DNA of 61,512 nucleotides, filler included, from Pirum gemmata (GCA_002812295.1; 20 parts of 20 records of this genome joined end to end with filler, not necessarily neighbours in it), one strand, 5' to 3'; counted from the first letter of the whole stretch, positions 41,295-53,369 are shown. The notes: a model not told the origin generated them from the sequence alone. Numbers and translations: made by a program.

Positions 41295-41494
41295 AATGTT
41301 GTCGATGGTGATGGTGATGACGTCATTAATACGTATAGTCGTTATGACCCAATAAACCCTTGCCACGCACAGGATTATATTATCGATAGCACCATCTTTT
41401 ATTGTTGATGCCGTGGGTGATGCCAATGATTGTCAATGACGATGAAGATGACGTTGTCGATGGTGATGGATATGACGTATTTTAAATACATTAT

Positions 41495-42521
41495 TTAATG
41501 ACCTACACCCATATCCCCTCCATTTGCTACCCTTGCCACGTGCAGAATTATATTAGAACCATCTTCTTTACCAAAAACAATCAAAATTTCAGCAGCAGTA
41601 GCCAATAACAATTTTTCCCCGGTGACACCTATTTCAATTACAAGTGACGCAGTGGCTTCAGTTACTTTTACATCATTAGTCATCCACAAACTAACTTCCA
41701 CTGGTTCATAATCGTAAAAAGTAGCCAAAGGTGGAGGTGGATTAGCGACATAGTACTCGTAATCTCTGGCTGTTTGGTTGGTTAGCAAAACCATTTTTTG
41801 TTGATGATCATAACGATGGTGTCCATAAGTATCCAATGAGGTATACACAAAGGTTAAAGCAAATAAATAAATCACTAAATCGCGAGAATTCTGTTGGTGC
41901 ATCATTGCAGGTAAGGCACCAGCAATACATGGAATGACCAATCGAATCACAAACAACACTCTACGATCCCAACTTTTAAAAAAATATTCACCGTGAAACC
42001 CATCTTGATTGGCTATTCTAGTCAACTGCATAAAAAACAACGCTAAACACACACTAACGGACAACAAATAAGCGTAGCTTTCTTTAAATTTATAAGGAGC
42101 AATCGAGTAAGTGGCAGCTAATTTTAATCCCACCCCCACCCCTAGCAAAGTAAAACTAAGAACCAAGTGCAACCCCATCACCAATCTGGATCTTACTATA
42201 GTAGAATAAGCTCCATGTTCTTGTTCTTCAGTAGGCATACAATCAAAAAAATTAACTTGAAGATTAAAAACTACCCAAAAGCCAAAAAAAACGACCAAAT
42301 AATAATCAACGTCAGATGCAAAATTGGCCAAAACTAGCGAAATTACCGACTCCCCTAAGACTAACATAATAAATAAGCCTTGTCTTTCGGCCGTATAACC
42401 GTTATGCTTGTCTAAGTTGTGCCTTGCTTTATAAGGATATAACGCAATACACATTTCAACTACAAGTCCCACACTCCAAAATATGGGAGATACTGAGTCA
42501 GATAACCAAATAGAAGCAATC
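41495..42521 (-). CDS. Low temperature requirement A (LtrA) family membrane protein, last exon
   Basis: Signature AERQGLFIMLVLGESV; multiple TM helices; in-frame TATAG acceptor at 42522. Confidence 0.82.
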
Positions 42522-43269
42522 CTATATAATAAATAATTATAATAATATATANNNNNNNNNNNNNNNNNNNNNNNNNNNNNNNNNNNNNNNNNNNNTTAAT
42601 TAATTAANNNNNNNNNNNNNNNNNNNNNNNNNNNNNNNNNNNNNNNNNNNNACTTGTTGTGAAGGATCTTTGGTTTGTGTTAGGTTTAGCCAGTACTACT
42701 CTCAATGCAAAGATCGTTAATGTTCTGCTTTTTCTTTGTTCAAATTGATCAATTAAAACACTAAAATTTGTAATTTTCATTTAATTATCAATTTTATTAA
42801 TGTTTCTTTTCTTTCTTTTTTCAGAATGATAAGTAATATTAATAAGTAAGTAAAAAGTATCTAAAAAATAATAGATTATTTTTTTAAAAAATAATAATAA
42901 TAATAAAAATAATAATAATAGAAAATATAGAAAAATATTTATATATTTATGTATTTATGTATTATTATTATGTATTTATGTATTTATGTATTTATGTATT
43001 TATGAGTTTTAATTAAGTTATTTATGTATTTATGTATTTATATCATATACAATATGGTGTTAATTAAACTAATAAAATAACATTTAATATCGTATTTTTT
43101 TTTCGTGCATATTGTTGAAAGTGTTTGAAAATAAGTCCTTGTTTGAAATGCGTTTATCATACAATTCTCTTTCTTTTCTCTTCTTGATGGGGCACGGTAT
43201 ATTTTTTATTATATTATTTATTATTTTTACTTATCATCCTTTAATACTTGCCTTTATTGCTTAATGAAA

Positions 43270-43300
<31 letters not shown>

Positions 43301-43808
43301 TGCTATCACCATTATAATCAGTATTATTATGATATTATTATTATCATCATTATATTATTATGTTGATTATTCATATTATGTTGATTATTATTATTATGTT
43401 CGTTAAAATTAAGGTTAAAAAGTTAATCCAAATTCTCAATTCTCCAAGACTTCACAATCACTGTATGTGGAATGAAAGGCGCCAAGAATTTTTTATAAAA
43501 AATATTTTCAAATTACAATAAGTAGTCAATAAGTTTAGTTTTTGTTGCTTCCCATTTCTTTGTAGAACTGCTGTAATTTGTTCTGTGATGGCACCCAAAT
43601 TGTTAGTTTTAAGGGCAAGGTTCTCGGGAATCTCCATCAGCCTTGAAAGTTAATTTAATTAATGTTAGTTTTTTCATAATTATAATAACAATCAACTTAA
43701 TTAAGACACCAACGACCTAGCTAAAAGACTAGTCTGGGGTTTAGCGGTTTTACCAAGATTTACCTGATGCGCTTTTAATTAACTTTGTTGTAGTCTAAAC
43801 TGAGACTC

Positions 43809-44553
43809 TAAAGCGCATCTAATATTATTTTGTCTATTTATTTTATTATTTAGTGTTTAGGTTTTATAGTTTTTAACTAATGTTATTCATTTTTGTATAA
43901 ATACTACATATTAATTAAACTGGAAATAAATACAATTTATTAGTTAATTAATAAAATATTGAAGAACCTGTATTGATTATGCACTGTTTCACTAACGAAT
44001 TTGAAAAAAAAAACAAAAAAAAACAAAAAAAACAAAAAAAAACAAAAACCACAATCCAAAACATTTTTTTTACAAATATAGGGTTTAGGCTATGTATGAT
44101 ATCGGGTACTTCGGGACACTACTCCCCCCCCCCCAATAAAAAAGTTATAATACCGCTTTTGGAAATACTTTTTGTTTTGTAAAGCGCAGCTAACATTATT
44201 TTGTCTATTTTTTTTTTTATTTAGTGTTTAGGTTTTATAGTTTTTTTAACTAATGTTATTCATTTTTGTATAAATACTATATATTAATTAAACTGGAAAT
44301 AAATACAATAAAATTTATTAGTTAATAATTAATAAAATATTGATATCTATGGTTATGCACTGTTTCACTAACGAATTTGAAAAAAAAAAACAAAAAAAAA
44401 CAAAAAAAACAAAAAAAAAACAAAAAACAAAATCCAAAACATTTTTACAAATATAGGGTTTAGGCTATGTATGACATCGGGTACTTCGGGACACTACTCC
44501 CCCCCCAATAAAAAAGTTATAATACCGCTTTTGGAAATACTTTTTGTTTTGTA
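43809..44553. repeat. Tandem direct duplication of a ~371-bp non-coding unit
   Basis: TAAAGCGCA...GGAAATACTTTTTGTTTTGT repeated from 43809 and 44180 with a few differences. Confidence 0.92.
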
Positions 44554-46195
44554 TTTTTGAAATGATTTACTTCTTACGAGCTTTCTTACGTCATTTTTTT
44601 GAAAAAAGGTTGTGAGCCAACTTGTGGCCGCTGGCCGTTACATTTGTTGGTTGTATTGCACCAATAGTTGAGCTCGGATTTGACTAAAAAGTTATAGCGC
44701 TGGCAATGATAGGATGATAGGATAGTGATTTACTATTGGTTTTCTAAAGGTACATTTTATTTATTTATTTATTTATTTTATTTATTTTTTTATTTATTTA
44801 TTTATTTTTTTTAAATGTAGATTGGTAGTTAGCAGCTATAGTTATTAGTTAGTGGTTTATTAATAGAGTTTTTTTTAATATGATAGGCTGCATACAGCGT
44901 TACTGCGGAATTTATTGTGTTGAATCAGTTTGAGCCAATAGTCTAGTCTAGTTAGGCTATGATGCTAGAACTATGATGCGGTAAACTGCGGTAATAGACG
45001 AAGTTATATACAGAGCCGACAAATTGAGTGGCAATAGTTGCCAATCCTTAGAATGAAATAGTATGATAAAAGCCAACATCTGAAACTTTTGAAATGAGAA
45101 ATTGAGAATTGACTCTGTGGGTTGCGGCCCTTGTGGAAATAATGTGGACTCGGTATTACTCGGTGTTGGTTACAAAAGTGTTATAAAATCCCACAATATA
45201 AACGGGATAGTACGTATTAATAATTATACCATAGCTATAATATTATAATAATATTAATAAAATAAAATAAAATTACAGTTACAATTTAACACAGGATAAT
45301 TTATTAATACTCTATTGGTTTACAGTTTTATTTTTACAGGATAATACTCAATTATATAATAGTTCGTAGTTGGTATGTTTGTTCATGGTTTTATTATTAT
45401 TATTCTTATTATTATTTGCAAAAGGTAGAAATAATAATGTACTCTAGTAATATATAATCCAATACAATATTAATGATATGATATGATTGACATCTGTGGT
45501 TTTAGTAATAAGCAGTTGAAAGCCTGTAACAGATGATTTGGTATACTTTTGCCACCAAAATTAATATCAAACTATACTTTTAAAAAAAAACAATAGAATG
45601 TAATATACGCTTCCACTAACATATACACANNNNNNNNNNNNNNNNNNNNNNNNNNNNNNNNNNNNNNNNNNNNTTAATTAATTAANNNNNNNNNNNNNNN
45701 NNNNNNNNNNNNNNNNNNNNNNNNNNNNNAAATAATAATAATATTTTATAATAATATAATATTATATAATATCATAGTAAGTACTCTTAAACACCATATC
45801 ACGTATAAGATGAAAATTAAAAGCTTTCAGATTGCAATCTAAGCTACTATAATGGCAATCTAGAATATATATGTAATTAAGTGACGTCATTACTGTATAT
45901 GTACGTACCACATTTTTTAAGTTCGGTTCGAAAAAAATTTAGAATCGATAATATTTTTTTTTTTTTTTTTTGAAAATTTCACAGATGATTTAATTTTAGC
46001 CTTCAATTGCATTTTAACGCCACTAGAAAAAGAACACAGAAATTACTAAAATACAGCTCGATTTGAACTTTAAACTTTCGAAATAATCGATAAAGTGTTT
46101 TTTTAATCGATATAATTTTCAATCACCACGAGCGCAGCATGACGCCATAGTCCTGTAGATAATATAAATAGTATATAAATCATACTGATGTCGGA

Positions 46196-46354
46196 TTAGG
46201 GTTAGGTCCCGTTAGGGTTAGGGTTAGGTCCCGTTAGGGTTAGGGTTAGGTCCCGTTATGGTTAGGGTTATGGTTAGGCGTTATTAGCTATAGGGGTTAG
46301 GGTTAGGGGGTTAGGGATTAGGGTTTAACAGGGGGTTAGGGATTAGGGTTAGGG
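46196..46354 (+). repeat. Variant telomeric array with a 22-nt unit GTTAGGGTTAGGGTTAGGTCCC
   Basis: Direct reading; followed by an N gap. Confidence 0.85.
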
Positions 46355-46935
46355 NNNNNNNNNNNNNNNNNNNNNNNNNNNNNNNNNNNNNNNNNNNNNN
46401 NNNNNNNNNNNNNNNNNNNNNNNNNNNNNNNNNNNNNNNNNNNNNNNNNNNNNNNNNNNNNNNNNNNNNNNNNNNNNNNNNNATAACTAGTAATAATCAC
46501 ACCAAAAATCTCAAAAACAAAGTCAATACAAAAAGTGGAAGGCCGTATATAATAATAATATCAATAATAATAATAAAACAACAACAAAAATAACAATAAC
46601 AAAACTAAAACGAAAGGTAAAAACAATAACAATAACATAAACAATAAAAATAACAATCTGTGCTTTTACAATTGTACTAGACAATACTAACAATGCCAAT
46701 AACAATAAATTAATAAAAAAACTTATCATAAAACAGCTAAAAATAATAATAATAATAATAAAACTAATAACAATACCAAACTAACAATTAAAAAAAAACT
46801 AATAAAAATAATAAAAAATAAAAACAAGAATGTGAAAAAAAACAAAATAAACAACTTTTTACATAATATACGGACACACAACAAAAATGAAAATATCAAG
46901 TAAAAAAGAAAAGAAGATAATTAAAGTTTATTTAT

Positions 46936-47103
46936 TGTGCTTTTCTTTTATTTGGTCACTCCAAATATTTACTTGGTTAGTTATGATATTTAAATTGACT
47001 TTTTTAAAAAATGAATAATATTTAATAAAATATACGAAATTAAACGAAACGGTACTCTTTTTTGTATATTTTATGATATACAAAACAACTGAAAAGCACG
47101 ATA
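46936..47103 (-). mobile_element. MITE family A, internally deleted
   Basis: GTGCTTTTCTTTATTTGGTCACTCC ... CAACTGAAAAGCACGATA. Confidence 0.8.
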
Positions 47104-47361
47104 ACAACAGGCAAAGCTACACGACAACAAAAAAAACAAATAGAAGTACAATAAAAGAAGAAAAGATAATTTTTAAAGAGATCAGAAGAAAAAAAAAAGA
47201 AAAAAGAAGAAAAGATAATTTTTAAAGAAGAGATCAATTAATACGTTTATTAAACAGGCGAGGCTATAAACTCTAAACTAATTATATAACCAGACACATA
47301 AAAGCAGCACATTATCTTTTACTACAAAAAAAGTTAACAGAAGCAAGTAATAGAAAACCGT

Positions 47362-47375
47362 TCACCAATCTTCCT
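47362..47375 (-). CDS. RPLP2: Duplicate/alternative terminal coding exon of RPLP2 (EEDW-TGA)
   Basis: TTTTACAG|AGGAAGATTGGTGA; same phase and peptide as 48009-48022. Confidence 0.7.
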
Positions 47376-47469
47376 CTGTAAAAATAAAATTTATAAAGGA
47401 GGTAAGGTAAGTCCATAAACTCGTGACAAAAAAATATAAAGAAAAATATAACAAAAAAAAAATAGCAAT

Positions 47470-47547
47470 GTGATTCAGAGTTAAAATGCTCAGCATAGAG
47501 TTAAGTTTTACTAAGACAGGGATAACAAAAATACTCATCATTATACA
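47470..47547 (-). ncRNA. Box C/D snoRNA, copy 1 (snR38-like D' guide plus U36/snR47-like D guide)
   Basis: C box ATGATGA, guide GTTATCCCTGT + D' CTTA, C' ATGCTGA, guide GAGCATTTTAACT + D CTGA. Confidence 0.9.
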
Positions 47548-48008
47548 TAAAAGAAGGAAGTCGCCACAACAATAACAATAACAATAACAAAACCAAAAAC
47601 AATAGCAACAAAACAACAAAAACAACAAATAACAACAAGTAACAACAAATAACAACAAATAACAACAAAGAACAACAAAGAACAACAAAGAACAACAAAG
47701 AACAACAAAGAACAACAAATAGCAAATAACAAATAGCAAATAACAAATAGCAAATAACAAATAGCAAATAACAAATAACAAACAAATAACAAATAACAAA
47801 CAAATAACAAATAACAAATAACAAATAACAAATAACAAATAACAAATAACAAATAACAAATAACAAATAACACATAAAACAATAACACATAGGAACAAAT
47901 AACAAATAACAAATGGCAAATGACAAAAACAAGTAATGTCAAAACATTAAAATTGAGAATGTAATACACAAAACATACCAGTAACATCCGAAAAGCTGAA
48001 AAAATTGT

Positions 48009-48572
48009 TTACCAATCTTCCTCTGTTAAATATTAAAAGAAAACGAAAAAAGTTAATAAAAATATAAAAACAAAAAACCGAACGCGAAATAAAAACAATA
48101 AAAAATAGAAATGATTCAGAGTTAAAATGCTCAGCATAGAGTTAAGTTTACTAAGACAGGGATAACAAAAATACTCATCATTATACAAACTAAGACAAAC
48201 TAAGAAAATACCAACTACCACCAGCAAAAACGAAAAATAAGAGTAATAAATAATGACAATAATGACAATAACAATAACAATAATAACAATGACAATGACA
48301 ATGACAATAACAATAAAAATAATAAATAATAAATAATAAATAATAAATAATAAATAATAAATAATAAATAATAAATAATAACAATAACGATACTAACAAT
48401 AACAATAATAACAATAATAACAATAACAATAATAACAATAATAACAATAATAACAATAATAACAATAATAACAATAATAACAATAATAACAATAATAACA
48501 ANATAATAACAATATAACAATAACAATAACAATAATAACAATAACAATAACAATAACAATAATAACAATAAC

Positions 48573-48603
<31 letters not shown>

Positions 48604-49042
48604 CTATAGTAATAATAATAACTAATAATAATAATAATAATAATAATAACAATAACAGTAAAAATAACAACGACTAAAACAATGACAAAAGAAACAACAA
48701 AAAAATACCCTCATCGTCAAACAATGACATTCCTCCGTCCATAACGTCTTCACTTGATTCTTTTTCTTCTTCTTTTTCTTCTTCAACAGCTGCGGCACCA
48801 CCGGCAGCAGGAGCAGCACCACCAGCAGCAGCACGTCCCCCACCTGATGGTACGGAAGCAAGTTTAGTGGTACCTTCAGCAATAACTTCTTGCAAGTCTT
48901 TACCTTCAAGTTCAGACATAACTTTACTTAAAGCGGTTTCATCAGCTTCAACACCAACTGCACCAAGAATTTCTTTGATTTTATCAGCAGATGGAGCTTC
49001 TCCGGAAAGGGAAGCAAGTAAGTAAGCAGCTACGTGACGCAT
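48009..49042 (-). CDS. RPLP2: 60S acidic ribosomal protein P2; exons 49042-48709 and 48022-48009 (115 aa, ends SLFDDEEEDW)
   Basis: [10 protein letters not shown]...[23 protein letters not shown], Ala/Gly hinge and acidic tail; phase-1 GTATTT...AACAG intron. Confidence 0.95.
48111..48187 (-). ncRNA. Box C/D snoRNA, copy 2
   Basis: Nearly identical to copy 1 between boxes C and D; intronic, ~90 nt upstream of the acceptor. Confidence 0.9.
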
Positions 49043-49201
49043 ATTTAATATTATTTAATCTGTATTTCAGTTTACAAAAAAAATTAAAAAAAAATTAATG
49101 AATGAATATTAGGTTATAACAAACAAATAATATATAACAATAATAACACAGCAACAACAACAACAACAACAATAATAATAATAACAATAAAAATATAGTA
49201 T

Positions 49202-49283
49202 TGTAAATCAGAGTTAAAAAAATACTCAGCATAGAGTTAAGTTTTGCTAAGACAGGGATAACAGTAATACTCATCATTTTACA
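49202..49283 (-). ncRNA. Box C/D snoRNA, copy 3 (5'-UTR intron)
   Basis: Same boxes and D' guide; terminal stem TGTAAA/TTTACA; D guide TTTTTAACT. Confidence 0.9.
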
Positions 49284-49318
49284 TACGTTTTAATAAAAGT
49301 AAAACAACGGCGATATTT

Positions 49319-49326
49319 GGAAAAGG
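49319..49326 (-). promoter_or_regulatory. Candidate 5'-TOP/polypyrimidine initiator of RPLP2 (CCTTTTCC)
   Basis: C-starting pyrimidine tract just upstream of the 5'-UTR intron of a ribosomal protein gene. Confidence 0.45.
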
Positions 49327-49329
49327 TGT

Positions 49330-49363
<34 letters not shown>

Positions 49364-49506
49364 NNNNNNNNNNNNNNNNNNNNNNNNNNNNNNNNNNNNN
49401 NNNNNNNTTAATTAATTAANNNNNNNNNNNNNNNNNNNNNNNNNNNNNNNNNNNNNNNNNNNNTGGTTGCATTTGTTCGTTTCCATTTATCATTTGCAAC
49501 AACACC

Positions 49507-49693
49507 AATAGAATATGCTATAAGAAAACGAGAATACGTGGGAAAATGGATTACCTGATAGCTCAGTGGTCAAGAGCAAACTCCCAGATAGGGTTGGTCG
49601 TGGGTTCGATTCCCGCTCAGTGATCCATTTTCCAACACACGTCAGGTAGTTCATTTTCCCACGTATTCTCGTTTTCTTGTAGCATATTCTATT
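49507..49693. mobile_element. 187-bp element with 52-bp TIRs enclosing a tRNA-like core
   Basis: 49507-49558 and 49642-49693 are inverted repeats with 3 mismatches. Confidence 0.8.
49548..49627 (+). tRNA. tRNA-like (pseudo-tRNA/SINE-head-like) sequence
   Basis: A box TAGCTCAGTGG, B box GGTTCGATTCC; D stem GCTC/GAGC, anticodon stem AACTC/GGGTT with loop CCAGATA, T stem GTGGG/CCCGC; TTTT follows. Loop positions 33 and 37 are non-canonical. Confidence 0.7.
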
Positions 49694-50063
49694 AAACACT
49701 CTCAACATCATTATCATCACCATAAATGACTAATCAACATCATCATTATAATATACATTATTATTATCATTAACACCACCAACAACAACAAAAGAATAGT
49801 AGCGAAAACAGCAACAACAACAACAACAGCAATAACAACACAACATCAACAACGTCAACAACAGTAGAAACGATGGCAAAACAAGTAATAGTCGAAGTAA
49901 TGGGTGAAAAGAAAACCCGAACATTCAACCTAGTCAAATATTACAACTTCAACAACACTCCATAAAACAAAGACTAATAAAAGCGAAAATAGTCAAACAA
50001 GACGATAAAATATACGTGTTGAAATAGACAGCATCCAACAATCCACCATCGACGAACTCTGCT

Positions 50064-51397
50064 ACTAAAGTTTTAGTTATCATTATCGGATAGTTATCAT
50101 AATATATATATATATATATCTATTTCAACACTTATCAGTATTCTATTAGGGGAACTGTAACTATTGGGGGGTTTACCAGATAATGTGAAATAGAAAGAAA
50201 TTTTTGAATAAAATTGCTTCTAATTTTCTAAATTTTTGAAACAATACTTACAAAAATTTACTTACAATGTATTTTTGTTGAGTACCTTTTGTCATCATTA
50301 GTATTGCGAGGGCTGCCTGGTCTGTGAGTGAGTGAGCGAATAAGTGATTTATAGGTGTTGGTGATAATTCTAGTATTTGCGCCCAGTATATAGGAAGGAA
50401 CCTTGCCTTATTTTAAATTTGTTGGAGTAGTTTTGTTGCATGGTTTTCGAAGATAAATTTTGGATCAAAGGTATACCTTAGGAGTTTGGGGTTGAGGTCT
50501 CGCTTGATGGGGTGGTTGTTATAGTCGAGGTTGATCAAAAATTAGTTAGTCTTTGGGAGGCTTATTTTGTTTTCCATGTTTTCATCCATGTTGATATTAT
50601 GTTTTAACATATTCTGAGCTGTCGTTTGTGTGTTTTTTTAGAGTCATGAATGTATTTTTACAAAACCAAATGTCATCAGCAAATAAACCAATATTTGGGA
50701 CAGATCGAGGGTTGTTTCTGGTTCTTTAGCAAGGTCATTGATAAATATAAGAAACAGGATAGGGCCTAGTATACTTACTTACTCCCTTGCGAGACAGTTG
50801 CTATTTTTTGTTTTTCAGAATTTTTGGTCTTTAGTTTGATAAATTGTATCAGTCAGAAAGTTCTTAATTCAAGTAATGAGGCAAACTTGTTTGTTATCTT
50901 ATAGTTATCATATATATATTGTTGAGTATTTAGTAATTCTGTTATTCTGATTATTACGACATTCGTGATGTCATAGTCTCCTCCTAAATAGACTACTTAG
51001 AATACTGATAAGTTTTTAAAAAAAACCCCTCTTTGAAATTGCGCATTATGAGAAGGGACAAATTTCGTCATTCTGTTGTTATCGTCATTCGTGTGTTGTT
51101 AGGGTTAGGGTTAGGGTTAGGGCAAGGAAGACTAGAAATAATAATAATAATAATAAATTTGCGTCATTTTAAAATGTTGACGTAATAACTAATTAATATT
51201 TGTTGCAACATCATTCTAGCGTCATCATTTGCCCTTTTCAAGCTTTTCTGTTGAAATAGACTATAGATAGATTATAGTAAGACTATGAAACGATGACATC
51301 ACGAATGACGACACGATAACAGAATGACGATATATATATATATACAATATATATATATATATGATAACTATCCGATAACGATAACTAAAACTTTAGT
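50064..51397. mobile_element. ~1.33-kb segment bounded by 37-bp inverted repeats
   Basis: ACTAAAGTTTTAGTTATCATTATCGGATAGTTATCAT at 50064-50100 and its reverse complement (1 mismatch) at 51361-51397, both extended inward by (AT)n. Confidence 0.65.
50280..50890 (-). pseudogene. Degenerate non-LTR retrotransposon (LINE) reverse transcriptase fragment
   Basis: QGS..ILGPILFLIFINDL and IGLFADDI motifs, with frameshifts and stops. Confidence 0.85.
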
Positions 51398-51603
51398 TGT
51401 TTTTTTCTTAAAAAAACTATTCACAATAATATATCCCTTATTATTTATTATCATCTACAAAACACTCAAACACTTATCTTTATCGTTTGCAACATTTTCA
51501 ATCGTTATGTAATATCAAATGCATGGGCAGAAGGAGTAGGAGTACCAGTACTAGATAGTAGGAGTACCAGACTACCAGTAGCTAGATACTTCTGGTCTTC
51601 CTT

Positions 51604-51663
51604 GGTTAGGGTTAGGGTTAGGGTTGTCAGGGTTAGGGTTAGGGTTAGGGTTAGGGTTAGGGT
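51604..51663 (+). repeat. Interstitial (TTAGGG)n (also 51098-51122)
   Basis: Direct reading. Confidence 0.9.
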
Positions 51664-52598
51664 ATATATATATATATATACATATATATATTATGAAAGT
51701 TAAATTTTGAAAAGAAGTTTTAGAAGGTAATTTGTAAAAAATACTTTTGGATAAATTTACTTTTAAAATTTTCTAACAACAAAACAATACAAGCTATTTA
51801 TCAGTTAGAAAATAAAAAATAACATTTCTTTTTCAGAACTTTCGTACCAAAACTTTTATTAAAAAAAACAGACATATAATTCTTTATTTTGTTTTAATAA
51901 TTAATGGCTCGGATTTACTTGTTGACTTTTGATTTATTAACTTGTTATGAGGAAGTTCTATTTCGAGGAATCACAAAAATAAAACGTTTTGTATTTAATA
52001 AAATATTCCAAGACTTGCAAATAGGCCTATCATTTTTGATGCTTAGTGAATATAATGGTCAGTTTGCTCATTAATTTTTATCTTCAATTATTGTCATATT
52101 TGAAAATATTATTCCTATAGAGTTTTAATTCATATTTTTACCTCCAACGAAAGGTTGAGTGATCAACATTTTATTCAGGGATAAAATGTGTTAAGAGCGA
52201 CGTAGATAAAGTTTATCATCCTTATATTATTATCTATTAATTTTTTATTTTTACGGGAACCATTTTAAGACCCTGTTTCAGGTTACTAATGAAATAGCAA
52301 AAACTATATCTGGTATAGTTTGATAAGTTCGTCACTAACACCTGATGGGGTTAAAACACCCAAATCCGTAAATAGCAACTGAACGAATTTAGGTGGAGTG
52401 AAATCAAACAGAGGGTTAAAGTACTATATATATATATATATNNNNNNNNNNNNNNNNNNNNNNNNNNNNNNNNNNNNNNNNNNNNTTAATTAATTAANNN
52501 NNNNNNNNNNNNNNNNNNNNNNNNNNNNNNNNNNNNNNNNNATGTCATATGAGATTTCTGCTTTGTTTTTTCTATAGAAATAATTGTTCTTTTCTTGC

Positions 52599-52659
<61 letters not shown>

Positions 52660-53118
52660 GTGCTCTCCTGATTGCAGCACTTTGTAACTGCATGACACTA
52701 GAGCTTTGCCAACAGAGAGTGGAATAAGGTCTTCGCGTTTCAGTCATGGGAGCATGCTCCTGGAAGGCTGAGTCTCAAGATCATGGTTATTTTGTTGTTG
52801 TTGTTGTTGGGTATGATAGTTGGGTGTTTGAAAGAAGTTTTCAAACAGCTTTGTTCGGTCTTATTTTTCTTCCCGTTCTCTTGTCTGTTTTTCTTTCCTT
52901 TCTCTTGTCTGTATTTTTCTTCCCTTTCTCTTGTCTTGAGTTGTGTCTCTAGCTAACCTAAACTCGGATTTTTTCCTCCCCGTCAAAATGATGCTCTGAA
53001 GCAAAATAATATTTGTTATTATATTCATATATAATGTTATATTTATTTATACCGATCGATTCCTCTTGTAAAAGTACTGTAGTTTAGAGAGGTGAAAGTT
53101 TCATTACAATAGCTTCAT

Positions 53119-53317
53119 TGGGGGTGCTCAAATAATACGTCACGTCAAGGGGTAGGTAGGTAGGTGGTATTTAACCGGAAATTAACGTCGAGGGGTAGGT
53201 AGGTAGGGGTATTTGAAGCTGTGTTACCAAATTAAATAAAAAATGGATTTATATTGTATTAATTTGGTACTCTTTTTTGTATATTTTATGATGACAAAAC
53301 AACTGAAAAGGACGATA
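53119..53317 (-). mobile_element. Family D half (53119-53221) abutting a family A fragment (53226-53317)
   Basis: Matches to 27578-27714 and 10171-10260. Confidence 0.75.
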
Positions 53318-53369
53318 CAAAACTGCGAAAAAAAAGCAGGGGAGTTATGAGTGTAATGATGCTGCAATG

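Noticed and set aside
44560..45200. Coding remnant in a higher-GC patch
   Set aside because: No continuous frame or recognisable motif.
48205..48230. Extra RPLP2 micro-exon (GGTGGTAGTTG)
   Set aside because: No good acceptor/donor pair, and direct splicing already gives a sensible C-terminus.
49548..49627. Functional tRNA-Ser(AGA)
   Set aside because: No long variable arm, C33 and T37 in the loop, and a bulged acceptor stem.
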